The translations under genes and the position numbers were made by a program. The notes under the pieces are model-generated. The model made no database searches. It was not told where the DNA came from and saw only the letters and a list, made by a program, of their open reading frames with translations. A DNA stretch of 64,000 nucleotides, from the NCBI RefSeq assembly GCF_964204645.1, contig NC_134027.1, positions 23,770,560-23,834,559 of the forward strand, given 5' to 3'. Positions 36,478 to 51,400 of this stretch are shown here, piece after piece (the stretch's first letter is position 1; each line of letters starts with the position of its first letter). The DNA is from Tubulanus polymorphus (lineage: Eukaryota; Animalia; Nemertea).

Positions 36478-39400
36478 CAAAAACTGAAAGAGGAAAGAGA
36501 AGCCAAAAGAGCTCAGTTGGAACACACGCATAACTATGTATTGCAAACGGTTGCGGATAGTCTGGGCATCGAAAGGTCTGAAGTGGAGGATGCTATACTC
36601 GAAGGAACTCAGGTAAGGGATGATTACTGAAGTTTGTCGGTGCAGGTATCAATCTCAGACATTTGATACTTTTCATCACGGTTCTTCCAATTTTTGATTG
36701 CCCACACTTCACATGCTTTCAGCGACTTAACCTAAGACATTTAGATTGAAAGTGAACTACAAACACCAGACATAAGACATTTTACCTGCACACTTTCAAA
36801 AACTAATCGGCCACACTTCACATGTGTTCAGAACTTCACCTGAGACATTTTTAAATGAAAATGAACTACAAACACCAGACATAAGACATTTTATCGGCAC
36901 ACTTTCAAAAACTGATCGCCCACGTCATTTCACATGTGTTCCGAACTTCACCTGAGAGATTTTTAATTGAAAATGAACTACAAGTACCTGACAGATATTT
37001 TATCAGCACACTTTCAAAAACTAATTGTCCAGACTTCACCTGAGACATTTTCATTGAAAATGAACTAAAAACATTCGAAATTTGATCAGCACACTTTCAA
37101 AAACAGATCGTCCACACTTCACATCTATTCAGGCCTTCACCTGAAACATGATTTAGTTGAAAATGGACAACGAACTCCGCATATTTGACATTTTATCGAC
37201 GAACACTCACTTTCAAAAAATGATTTCTCATCCTTCGCACTACAACGGTGAATGTCTTTAAGCTGTGGATTCATACACCTGAATATTGATGTTTGATATG
37301 AGACATTGTCTTCTGTCATACTTCTGTACTATTTATTTTAATTCATTTTATTTATTATAGTGACATGCACATTGTCTATGAAAATAAACAGAATATAAAG
37401 GTTTGGTGCCCAGCCCTAATTTAGACTTATAAGTCACTTTATACTAACGCATGACATAATATTACGAATATTCATAAATCTGCACATGTGTATACATATA
37501 AACATACATACATACTTACATACACACGCACACATACGCATACACATGTATAAAGATATTTCTACAAAAAAAATAAATGGTTACAAAATTGGGTTCAAAA
37601 GTAAATTTCTTTTTGACCACGCAGCAAGGAGAAAGTTGGAGAGTAAAATTTGATGACTAGACATAATTTGTATTAATTTAAAATGTTATAATCTGGGCAT
37701 ATCTCGGTTTTTTTTTTCAGATCGAGACGATGAACAATTTTTTCAAGGCAGACGGAGATCGTCAATTACTGTTTTATTACCAGGAACCGGAGCCAGAACG
37801 AGAAGCCGGTAAATAGATTCCACCGACTCGGAAGCTAACGCTGTTTTACTCATTTTATAATATATGAAACGTTACTAAAAGATCTATTCAAGTAAGAAGC
37901 TTCCAAAAATAATGATTGGATCTATGATTTGAGGTTTTAGGCAAAACTCACAAGTCGTAATCAGTTCGTTTTTGTTTAGCTCAGTCAAGCGTGAACCATG
38001 AACTCAAGATTGTTGTTGAACTGAGTCCTGGATCAGACCTGACTGTAGGTCAGCTCTGAATTCACAATTCGTTCATTTCCAATCGCTTTAACTCTTTAGG
38101 ATCAAAATGAACTCACACCTGCATCCTGTTCCATAGTCGGGAGTTGGATTTAATTTTGTAGATTGAAATCAGTTCATTTCTAGTGGCTTAAACTCGTTAG
38201 AATTCAATTCAAATCATGACAATGGAATTGGGTGCAAGTGCGAGTTCAATAATATGAATATCAATTTTTCTTCGTTTTGAATGATCTTTGATTGGTACAA
38301 TTTAACGATAACAAATATATTATACATATATATAGGTTTTGATAGAATTTTTTACTTAAACATCAATTTTATACTTAATTTTTCGTCACTTTTTTGCATG
38401 TTTTTTCTGATGTTAACTTTTAAAACGGTGTTTTTGCTTTTTAATCTAATGCTACATTCTCAAGAACTGCTCATCAACACAATTCTGTGAATGTTACGAT
38501 ATATCGGAAATTTGGTGATATGAAATTTTCAATCAAGTTTTCGGAATACATACATGTCAGCTCCTCCCAGTGACTAAAACAGACACTTGATTTTTATGCC
38601 TAGTGCGCAAAGCAAGAAATTAACATGAAACGTGTTTATTGGTTTGTTCCGTGGCTGTTTGCATCGCTCCGATACAAGACACAATGTTTATTGAAACATC
38701 CAATTGCTATATGCGACATCAGAGCAGCTGAAATAGAAACACCAACTCAAAAGCCAATCAGCGATAAGGAATGGATCACATGACTGATAGAAATAAGCGC
38801 CATTTAGAAATCATGTGAAATTATTACTTCTCATTAATAGGTAGTGCTGTAGGTTTGTTTTGGTGTTTCTTGTTTCCATGCATGCGATAGTGGGTGAACT
38901 AAACACAATATCTGTTTCTCATTTCGAGGTTAGGCTCTAACGAATTCGACGAGCAGTTCTTGAGATCGGTTAATTCGTAATCGTTTGTTTTTTTAACCCG
39001 TGATTTGGCTTAACGTTTCAGCGGTAGAGTTCCGAATTACTCAAGCTGAATCTTACACTAGACGCAAATCCCAAAGTAGGAACTCACTGGAATTTTATAT
39101 ATATATATACTTGATATTATGTACATCATTACATATCGCATAGTCAAATATACATATCTCTATCACCAAAAATGAATCTGACGATTTCTCCTGCTGTCAC
39201 TTAAGGATTCGCTTCTCTTTCTTGCACCCTTTCGTATTATCCCCTTACTCTGTTGTGGGCGTGGTTTAATTCGAGGCATAACGAATAAAGGTTTTTTGCC
39301 TCGTCATTCGTGCCCTGATTGTCACCTCGATTGCGAAATGCTATCCTACTCGGTACAGTTTTAAATCGCTTTAGATAAGCCGTAGTGTTCATGGATTTTG

Positions 39401-42400
39401 TGAAAGTTTCTTTTATTGAAACATCTTATTATCAAAAATGAAATTATTTTGCTTATTGATAGCAATCAGAAAAATCGATTGAATATGTGATTGTCTCATA
39501 TAGCCTTACCTAGTGATTCAATCTCTTTTTCGTACTGTCTTTCCTCCTCCCCTTCCTTTTCTCTTTTCCTCGCTTTTTTTTGTATCCTTCATTCGTGTTT
39601 GAGACTGGTGCACTGGTTGAGTAAAATATAAAATGCACTTTCAGCATTTTTCCTCTTTGATATGGACAAATAATCTTTTCGAAAAATGATAAATCCTCAA
39701 AATCGAGACATTTTTCCATTTTGTCATCGTAGTATTTGATGTAAGAAGTCCCCAGGCCTGTACCATGGGAGGTTCGAACACCATCGAACACCATTTTTGA
39801 TTCAAATATGCATTTAGTGGCACGAAGTAGCCACCATGCAACAAACATTAATTGAGCATCAAATTTTCAAGATCCCCTTTTTAGTTCCAACCAAGTTTAG
39901 AACGAACCAACCCACAGAATCCTCACGCTTTAGGCCTGCGTCCTTGGAATTCAGAATTTCTACGATATACGAAAATTAGAATTTAAAAATTGTGAATGAA
40001 AATTATCAATTTCGTTTAGACCGCCTTGTTAAATCTGGACAAATCCAAATTAATCCATGACAAATTTTATGTGTAAATTAACTTTAATTTTTGTTTTGAT
40101 TCGAATAAGATTTAGATTTTATTTCATTGAATTTTCAATATTGATATTTACGGTTTTCTTTCATTTCATCGTAGTCGACCATTTGCGTTTGGGCCCGCCG
40201 ACCAATCGGCCGCTGAAGTCGACGAAGCCGAAGGTTTTCGTCACGTCCGGCAGAGACGCGCCGCTGCACGGGAAATGTTTGATATTCGTCAGAGATAGTC
40301 CCGGGACTGTCATCAACGACCAAAACATCACCAAGGTAACGACTCCTGTGAGCTGGCCTGAAAATTGCGCGCTCGACAAATTGCCCTTATACTTTTAATG
40401 GTTCTTGGTTCGAACTTCAAACTGTAGTTATCATTTTTTGTTGCTGTTTATGCCCTGTTGGATAGTGACAGGAATACAAAACGCGTAATTTGAACATAAA
40501 TATGAAAGACTTTACTGAGTTTCTTAGCGTTACAATTAGGGTTGAATACTGTTTAATTTGAACGGAACTGTGAAAGGTACAGCTGACCTGACTATAGGAC
40601 TACACTATTTGAGGGTTGAAGTTACTACTGTTTTGGGAGCTTATGATTACTCCTAAGAACATCAGATCTTAGTAAAATCATAATGGTTTTTAGTTCATTT
40701 TCGATTAAACTATTTTTAGATGTTTAATTGTGGTAAAAACTAGATAGTGTATTTAGTTAGGTCTAGTATACTATACTATAGGGCTCATTTCGGTCATGCC
40801 AACTGATGTTATCGAATTTTGACCCAAAAGTCAGTAGCTGGGTTCCGCCCCGGGAGCTGGGCCATAACTTAGTAAAAGAGATGAATAGTTAGGATGCATA
40901 ATTTCATTTCCAATTTTGTTCATAATGGGTTTCAATCTTACTGTACTGTATATTTGCAGGATGTGACGTTCACAGTGTTGGACACGTCTGCCGGTACGAA
41001 CGGACACGGACTGCTGAAAGGCGTCGAGAGTTTGTTGTCGAGCGTTTTCATTCCGTCGCTGCGAGAAATGGAGAAAGGTTGGGGCAGTCTGAGCGGGCCG
41101 GAAACGCTTCAAATTCGAGCCGATTTCCTCAACACTTTGGACTCTTTTGTCTCCGTCCTGATTGGTAAGTATCGGTTATCCTGGAGCTAAAACTCGCATA
41201 CAGTTCCGCTGTGAGTTGTGAGCTTGACTAATCACTCGAAAGATCATTTTTGATTACTTGAACTTCTAGAATCAAATCTGCCAACTGTGAACGGATATCA
41301 TCGAGTCATATATTTAGCCGATTCCTATGACAATGTATTGGTTTTGATAACGAGTCTTGACAGTGATATTCGGAATTCGGTGTTTTTAGGTGCGCAGGAA
41401 AGTTTGGACGATAAAGTATCGTTGAAACCGTGCGAGACTTACGATCTGTCCCGTCTGCAGACTCCGTCCGATTGCATCGCCGTCGCGAACAGCACCGAAT
41501 CGCTGAACGCTATTGAAGATTGTATGGCTGTCTGGATTAAACAAATTGAACAGGTATTGAGTGAGACATAGGGGGAGAGGTGAACAACAGCTGATTGGTC
41601 ACTGATCTTTAAAATCCTTATGGCAGCATAATTTCTTGGTTGAGTGTTCTTCTCTGGCCTCTTCCCGGGAACATGAAACTTGAACTTGCTGATAATGGCC
41701 CATGGACTCTCAAACGAGTTGTAGAGTTCATGAGTGGCCTGAGTGATTGAAGGGGAAGATACCTCAAACCGGTTAATTATGCCGTGAGTGGCGCTCAGCA
41801 GGTTGAAGGGGGAAAAGAAACCTCAAACCTGCTAATAATGCCCTAAGTGGCGCTTGGCTGGTTGAGGGATGTTGATAAGATTAAGGTTAGCTTCAGATTA
41901 GGAGTTAAGAAGTTAAGGTTAGCTTAAGAGTTTAGAAATTAGAAAACTTTGAGTGTATTCTTCTGAATTATGCCCTCATTACAAGCAGAATTTTCAAACT
42001 GTTCTTAATTTCAAGCTGTACACATATTATTGATTTTTCATATGTAGCCAACATGATAGATCGTTTATTTTATCGCAGGTTCTAGCCGAGAGCGAGCAGA
42101 TGAGACGCGAGGCAGACGACATCGGACCGCGAGCCGAACTCGATCACTGGAAAAAACGAATGTCCCGTTTCAACTACCTGCTCGACCAAATCAAAGGTCA
42201 AGAGGTCAAGGCCGTTTTGGGCGTCTTACAAGCTGCCAAGTCGAAGACGATTCGGGTGAGCATGGTCGGGCCTTAAACGAATAACTTGAGCATGGGCTGT
42301 GGTTATGTTTCACTCCTAGTGTGGTGGGTTTGTAAGGGGCACCGAATCAAAACAAATCAGACCAAGTGTACCAAACAAATAAGAAATGCGAACAGTCCCT

Positions 42401-45400
42401 ATTTTAACCCTTTCAGTGCGTCTACACCGCAGTGCGGTGTATAAGTCAGTGATAGATTTTGCTAGTACACCGCACTGCAGTGTATTGATGTAATTAGTAA
42501 TTATCTCTTGAAAAATGGCAGCACTTGTCAGACATAGTGAAATACTAGTAACTAACGATACACCGCACCACGGTGTAGACGCACTATAGTGGTATTCCCG
42601 TTATTCAATACACTAGGGCGGAATTTTTGAAAATTTTCAAATTATCTCTAGCACTATAGGGTAGTAACTAGTCAGCACTGAAAGGGTTAACGCAAAATAA
42701 AAGACTTTTTAGTGATATCCATGGTGGCTTAAGAAAATTAGATTTGATCGTTGAAACAGCGGTCTAACTGTATCCCCATACGTGGTAAAGAAAAGTTAGT
42801 AATTTAGATATTTCATTTCAGACTTGGCAAGAGTTGGATCGTCGAATCACTGACGCGGCGAACGAAGCGAAAGACAACGTGAAGTTTTTGTATACGTTGG
42901 AACGTTTCTGCGATCCGCTGTACAACAGCGATCCCGTAAGTATTTCCAACTCGTCAACTAGTCTTCATAACCGTCGGGGCCAAATTCAGTTTTCGTATCT
43001 AGTCGACTAGTGGTCGGAACTAATAACCGAATGTGTTTAATTTACGAACTATTTCTGGAATATAGGTCCGACTAACTGAAATTCGGTTTCACTTATAGTT
43101 CGACTATAGTCATCTAGCTTTGATAACTGAAGTTGGCCCAGGGTGTCGCTCGGGCTGGTGTTATGAGAGAAAAATTTAACCCATAACTGAGGATCTGAGT
43201 CAAATTCAACCTAAAGACACAACTGTGGAACTGGGCTTCGAGTCGAATTAAGCCCGCACAACTGTGGAACTGGATTCCAAGTAAAATCAACCCCACACAA
43301 CTGTGGAACTGGATCTACAGTCAATTTAGCTCTCGCGACTCTGTGGAACTGTCAGAGTTCAGACCACTGCGTGTTAGAGTGTTTTGAAGATGTTTCTGAC
43401 GATTTCGTCCTGATGATTGTTCCATTCTAGGTTGGTATGTTGGAGGGAATTCCTGGATTGATCAACGCTATTCGAATGATTCATAGTATCTCGAGGTACT
43501 ACAACACGTCGGAAAGAATGACATCTTTGTTCGTGAAGGTAAGAAATTGTCTACTACTAAATCAGCTTGTTACAAAACAGTAGAACCTTGTCCCAACAAA
43601 CCCAGGTATACCGAATTTATGAGAATCTGAAAATTTTGAACCAAATTTGTGACAAACCTTAATCGATTTCATTGGTTTTGTACTAACATCGTCTTCAATC
43701 AAGACTGGTGACTGGTCTTAAATTATTAGATTGGTTATAGATCCACAATGAGCTTTGACTAGTTTTGGGGTAGAATGGCCCTAGATTTTCTCACATGTGC
43801 TTCATAGTTTGTTGTGATGAGGTTGCACCATTGCATAAACAAAGTGAGATAGTTACGTTTTGGAATAAACACAAGTTCACAAATCGAATAATCTATTCAT
43901 ATTCATAGATCACATAGCAAATGATCACTTGAATTTCATATGGGCTCAATCACAAAGAATTTAATGGCGCATGCTTTCTGTCCATATTTATAGATCACAG
44001 ATCAAATGATCACTTTACTTTACTCTTATGTATATCCATGAATCACAAAGCATTTGATCACATGCGTTCTATCCATACTTGTAGATCACAATCAAATGAT
44101 CGCTTGCATTTTATATGTACTTAATCAATCACAAGGCATTTAATCGCACGTGTCCAATCCGTATTTGTAGATCACGAATCAAATGATCACGGCATGCAAA
44201 GCTTACATCACGAACGATCGCTCGGAAACCGTCTGGTCGCAGCCGACGACGGACGTCATCGCGAAACTCGAAGATTCGATCAAACTCAACAAAGAGTATC
44301 AACGTTGTTTCCATAAGACGAAAAAGAAACTCGAAGAGATACCAAACGAACGGCAGTTCGAGTTTTCGGAGATGTACATTTTCGGCAAATTCGACACTTT
44401 TTCACGTCGATTGAACAAAATCATCGACATGTTTAACACGATGGAGGTTTATTCACATCTTTCCGATTCGAAAATCGAAGGTAATTCAGCTCAGCTAAAG
44501 AGCACGAGGTTCGAACTCGGGTTATATAGTTCAGACTCTGTTAAACCTAGCCACAACTATGAACTGAGGAGTACAAACAAAACCGACAACTGTAGAACTG
44601 GGTCCTGACTCAAATTGATTAAACCCAGCCACAACGATGGACTGAAGAGTCCAAACAAAACCGACAACTGTGGAACTAGGTCCTGACACAAATTGATTAA
44701 ACCCACACAACTGTGGTATTCGATCCAAACCCAAATTGATTAAACCTTGTAGTAATCACGCTGATTACTCCCAAGAATAAACCGACACAACTGTGGAACT
44801 GGATTCAGAGTCAAACTCCCACAACTGTGGAACTGAATCCAGAGTCGAATTAAACCCATGCAACTGTGGAACTGGATCCAGATTAAGATAAAGTTAGTTT
44901 ATTTCTATTTGTTCATGTGTAGGTATGGAAATGATGGCTGCTAAGTTTAACGTGATCGTCACGTCGATGAAGAAGAAACCGTACGACTATTTGGATCATC
45001 GTAAGATGGAATTCGATCAGGACTTCGAAGATTTCAAACGAGCCGTTGCCGAAATGCACGTAAGTTCGTTTTCACGCCGACATCGCAGTTCATTCTTAAA
45101 AAAGGGCGCTTAGGGAGGCTCACTGCAAACTCGGCCTTACTTAACGGTGTGTTTCTCTTTCCCCACCAGCGACACCAGTTGCAAAGAGTTGCGCATGTTC
45201 TATTTTCCTGGGTTTGGTACAGAGGACTTGCAGCCATCTACATCCGGGATTCTACATCCGGGGTTCTACATCCGGGATTCAACGACGCCATATTGTTGCT
45301 AAACCTACATTACTTACATATGCCAAACCTTCATCGTTATGTAAATCCTCTGATTATCTTTTCTGGTAATATATTGCCAGTCTCCGGAGCTGATTGGCAA

Positions 45401-48400
45401 ACAAGCTATGACGCAACGTGTAAGACCTCTATACAGAGTAAATTTTATAGATTAAAAAAACCTCTAAATGCTGAATATCTTCATGCTCGGACTTAGTCAT
45501 CAAGAATATTTTAAAAAAAAACCAAATGTGGCTAAATCAGAAAGCCTCATTTCGCAGACAAATTCTTATGATGTGACGAAATATTTGCAGAGTTGACTAT
45601 TTGTTGTTATGCAGAGTTGTTACTATTTTACTGCTTGAAATCATTTCAAATAAATTTCATTTCGGCAGGCGAACATCGTCGCATTCATGGATCAACGATT
45701 CGAAAAGATCTCCAGCACGCAACGGGCATTGTGGTTGCTGCGTAAATTCGAACACCTGAATCTGCCGAATCTGGGAATTCAGGATAAGTACGCGCGCATC
45801 ATGTCGCATTACGGACGCGACATCGAAATGGTGTCGAAGATCTATCAGAAGAACAAAGCTGATCCGCCGGTCGCCCGCGATCTGCCCCCGATTGCCGGTG
45901 AGTCTTCGTTTTCTGGTTTATTCGTGCCCAGCTGCATATATAAATCTCAAACGCGACTGGGAGTTAAATAGATTCATGAAAGTTGAAAACTAACTAGATT
46001 CAAATTTGATTTAAGTTTGTCTAATGCAAAAATGTGGAACTGTGACCCGAGTCAAATTAAACCCGCAACTGTGGGATTGAATTCAGAATCAAATCAAACC
46101 CACAAAACTGTGGAACTGGATCCAGAGTCAAATTAAACCCACACAACTGTGGAACTGGATCCAGAGTCAAATTAAACCCACACAACTGTGGAACTGGATC
46201 CAGAGTCAAATTAAACCCACACAACTGTGGAACTGGATCCAGAGTCAAATTAAACCCACACAACTGTAGAACTGGATCCAGAGTCAAATTAAACCCACAC
46301 AACTGTGGAACTGGATCCAGAGTCAAATTAAACCCACACAACTGTGGAACTGGATCCAGAGTCAAATTAAACCACAACTGTAGAACTGGATCCAGAGTCA
46401 AATTCATCCCACATAACTGTGGAATCAGATGGAGAGTCAAATTAGACACAAACAACAGTTGTATTGGATTCACATCCACAATCAAACCCACAAAACTGTG
46501 GAACTGGATCATTTTTGAAACGCTAAGATTTTGCTTCTGCATTTTACAGGTAAAATTGCCTGGGCTCGTCAGTTGTTCCGACGTATACAGGAACCGATGG
46601 ATATGTTCCAGCAACAAGTGCCGAACATCTTACAGGGAAGCGACGCTCGCAAACTGATAAAAAACTACAACAAACTGGCGAAAGTTTTGCTCGAATTCGA
46701 AATCCTCTACCATCGAGGCTGGCTTCGACAGGTAATGCGTAGTACGCTTGAATGATGAGAAGTCATGAAATTTTCTTTTACTCAAATTTTTAATACGTTC
46801 AAGCCGAGTTTAGTTACAAGGTTTTAACCAAATGATGAAAATGTTTGATTCTTAACGAATTACTCACAATCTGCATGCTCAGAATCAAAATACTTTAAAA
46901 TATTCCCTGCTGGCTTGATAATACGGTGCCGCCCCCAAGTGCCACATGAATACAGTCATAGATTGGCACTGTTACAAAGTAAGCCTTTGCTCGTAATTGA
47001 CCAATGATCGCATTGAGAATGAAGCAGAGTTTGGTCACATTGCCAGCCATTTAGGAACTGCGTCCTTCTTATATGCCAGAGTGCGAATATCTAACCGTAA
47101 AAAGGAAAAATTGGCTACAAACATATTTTTAGTGGCTCTGGTGTCGGAACCGGAAGTACATTTATATAGTATATAACGGCGAATGTGTTGATTTATTTCA
47201 CAAATTTTTTTTATACGTATTCAATTTTTGATTACTTCAAAATTTTACAGGTCGACGCGTGTAAGTCGGGATTGTCGGCGTCGTTGTTGGTTCGACATCC
47301 CGAATCGTCGGAGCTGTACGTCAATTTCGACCCGCAGATTCTGACGTTGATCCGCGAGACGGAGTGCATGGCTCGCCTCGGTCTCGACATTCCGTTCGTC
47401 GCTCAGAACCTACGCGTCAAACAAGGCCTCTTCAAAGACAACTACAACGCTCTGCAGGTATGTAACGTCTTAACTCGGGTCGACTAAAATCCGATCAGAT
47501 CATAAGCAGTCAAATTTGCAATTTTTTAATCGGGAACCAATCGTGAACCAAATCATAAAGATAGAATAAGTTCTATTTCCTACGGCTGATATTAAAGATT
47601 TAGGAGGTAGATTTAGGAGTAGTCTACAGTTATTGGGATATGAAAGTGATGCAGACGCTTCCTCGAAATTCGAACCGTTTTCCTTTAAAACTCTTTGAAA
47701 ACTCCTTAAATTTGGTATTATCATTGTCATAACTATGGTTGTTATTATTATAGTAATCATTGTTATTATCATAATCATTATTACTCCTTTTACTATTATT
47801 GTATTCTATAACCTACTACATATCATTGAATTTGTTTTTCAAGGGGCCTGAACGTCCTAGTGATTGTACAGCCTTGATGGCTCTGTTCAGGCCCCTATCA
47901 TCAATCCACTAATTCTGTCATGTACCCTAATTTGTAATTTTGTATTCAACCTAATTGATGATGAAATAGATATTATCTATTATATTCAGGATGTGAAGGG
48001 ACCCTGCGTGTAATAATCGATCGGTTCTTTTCTAACAGATGATGCTTCAAGAAAACAAGCGAGTTCGCACGAAGATCCCGGTGGCGTACGACACGTTGAT
48101 GGCTCCGCACGTCGCCAAGGTCGACGAGGTGATCGAGCCGGGACTGACGACGTTGATGTGGACGTCGATGAACATCGGCAACTACACGACGAGCGTCTAC
48201 AAGGCGTTGTCCGATCTGGAGTTGTTGATGGACCGCGCGAACGACCTCGTCGAATTCCGCATCGACGCCGTTCTCTACGACATGGCGAACGTCACGCTCT
48301 GCGAACTACCCGAAGAGGAGCCGTGGACGGTCGATAAGTTCCTCGAAAATACGCAGGTACGTGGTGTGCACGTTTATTTTGGGTTGAGTTCAAATCCAAG

Positions 48401-51400
48401 ATTCACAAATTCATGCCACATTGAACTTGTCGAATTTATAAACCAGTGTGGCTACTTACCTGGAAATTAGTGAAAAATCAGGATATTTTGTAAAGGATAA
48501 GTGAGAGAGATATGTTGAGATCATCAAATTGCGCATAAAATCAAAAAATTTTGTTAATGTTTTACCTACTTGACTGTGTTAATTGATTTGATTCTTAGCA
48601 GATCAAGTCTGGGAAACAATGTGCACATCAGGGAAAAAATCAAATAAAAGTGGCCACCCTGAAAAATTAATTAACCATTAGAATTGTAGAATTTAGAGAA
48701 AAATGAAACATTGGTATCGATTAAGTTTGAAATTGGGCAGAAAACTACCTGTACTATTTATTTATTACGATTATCCTAAATTTTACAGGTTCTGTGCGCG
48801 AAGGGAGCGCAGATATTACAGTCCAGGAGCATCAATGTGGAAGACGCAGCGAATGAACTGATCAACATGTTGTGCAAATGCGAAGAACCGGAAGAAGAAA
48901 AGTACGAGGAAGAATTCGAAACCGAGCAGGATGAAGACGGTAAGAGGATATTGGGGGTAGTTTCCGAAGAAATCAGGGGCCGCCTATAGAGAACAAAAAT
49001 GGGGGTAGTTTAGAGATGGAATCAGGGGTAGCTTGCAGAAGAAATCAGGCGTAGCTCATAGAAGAAGAAAGTGGTAGTTTAGAGAAGAAATCGGGTTAGT
49101 TTAAAGAAGAAATTGAGGTAGTTTAGGATTCAGGGGTAGTTTGTAGAAGGGAAGCTTACTGAAGAAATTGGGAGTAGTTTAAAGAGGAAATCTGGGTTGT
49201 CTAACTGAAAAAAGGATAGCTTAGAGTTTGAAAATTCTACACTATCAAAACCTCAATTACTGTAGGAATAATGTGCTACTTTTCATCAGCCTTATATCCA
49301 GTTCATTTTTGATTGAATACAGTTTCAATAAAAATATCTTATGTGTCGTCTGCATCTTTTTGGGGAGGTATGAAAGAGCATTTTATACTCGTTGCCCCTT
49401 TGTGTCATGAAATTTGGCAGTTTCTGATGACTGTTGGTTTAGTAAAACTTGCTTCCATTCTTGAACAAATTTGAATCTTTCTTGACATTCAGCCGAAAGC
49501 GAAGGTCGCAAAAGTCCGCCGGGATCGAACAAAGGCAGTCCGAAACAGTCGCGGCCGACGTCGCGTACCGAGCCGGAAGATCCGATCGCGAAGAAGAAAC
49601 GCGAGATGAAAGAAAATCTGGAAGAGGCAGCGATGGAGCTGTTGAATCATTTCAATCATCGAAATCTCGACGCGTTGTTGCGCGTTACGAAGAACACGCT
49701 GGAAACGTTGCGCAAGAGGATCACGTCCAGTTCGATGGTTCACTACATCGGTAAGTCTTCGGTAGAATCCGTCTGCTACCTGGAGCCACCCTCCTCAGAC
49801 ATTCAACAAAGTTGAAGAAAAAGCCACAATTATGAACATTTCGCCATTTTCGCCATCTTTGGAAGTGTTGCTAGAATTGAGTCAGTGCTCTCTTCGTTTT
49901 GTTTCATTATTGCGGATTTTCCCTCAATTGAATAACGAACAGTCACTTGCAGTATTTTGCAAGTAACCTGATGAAATTTCTAATGTGTTTCTAGGTGTTA
50001 GTTGGAATTATTTTCAATTAGAACTGTCTTGAGGTGAATGTCTGACGACATGTTGAAGTGTTGACGATTACTTTTTTACTCTGATGAAATGTCTAAGGCC
50101 TGGTGGTTTCAGTTAATTTTCAATTAAAAGTCTCTGAATTTCTGAACACCGGTAAAGTCTTGACAATCAAAGGTTGAAAGTTGGGTTCTCGGGGATAAAG
50201 TATCAAATGATACAGACAGAACTCCGCTGATTTAGTACCGGTGAGACTGATGACTGAAACCTGAGTCGATTTTTTTCAGACAATAAAGGCAGCGCGCAAA
50301 AAGACAACCATCCGTTCTTCCGAACGAACGCTGTTCTTCAAATACCGAATATCGTCATGCAGCCCGCTCTTGACGAGGTGCAACAAGCCGTCAACAAAGC
50401 CGCCCAGATGATCATCAGCGTCAGCAAGGGCGTGTCGCAGTGGAGCAAAGAACGCAAGATCGAGAAGGCCGAACGACCCGGCTCGAGCAGCGACCAAATG
50501 GACATGCGCCGCCAGAGCATCATGAGCGTTGCGTCGGAAAGTTCCAGGTCGGAGATGATGTCACGCGTCGGTCGCAAGGACGACTCGTCGTCGGTGCACA
50601 TGCAAGTTCAGGTGATGCCGAAAAACTATCACAAAAGCGTTTCGGAAAACAAGGAGATTTCGAAGTTGGGCTCGTTGCTGTCGACGTCGATCAATTCCAC
50701 GAAGAAGGTAAGAAATTTATTTTCAATTTTTGTTTTAAAAAACGCAGTTATGCGGTGGTGAGTTAAATTGAATTAACTTAAGGTCAACAATTTAACTCAT
50801 GACTTGATCTGAATCAAACTTGGAACTGGATTCTGGTTTTGGAGCATCTTTTTGTTGTTTGGGACCTGGGGCCAGTTCCATAGTTAAGACTTAAGTCAAG
50901 AAGTGGTCTTAAATCTTAAGATTGGTCTTTAACTGTTAGATTAGCTGTAGAACTAAGATGGTCTTAGATTGGTCTTAAGTCTAAGCCATGACTATGGAAC
51001 CGGCCCCTGGAGCTGGTTCCATGGTCATGGCTTAGACTTAAGACCGGTCTAAGACCAACTTAGTTTTATAGCCAATCTAACAACTTAAGACCAATCTCAT
51101 GATTTAAGACCATTTTTGGACACAAAGTCATGACTGTACAACCAGCCCCTGAGTAACGTTCTTAGTTAACATTTTACTTATAACTTTGCAAAACTATAAA
51201 AATGAACTCACAACTATTGAACTGGGTCCACGAAATCTTGAGCTCTTGTACAAAAAATACCATGTTTTCAGAAATATGCCGATATGAATTTTTAAACATT
51301 TTTCATGTTTTATGTTATAAAGGAAGTCACGACGGCTCTCGAAAACTTCGCGCACTACAACGTGATTTGGGAGAAAGATCGCGAAGAAGACCTCGTCGAG

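Noticed and set aside
46057-46617. 186-aa ORF with [13 protein letters not shown] repeats
   Set aside because: It is the translation of the 39-bp S2 satellite on the antisense strand of a dynein intron.
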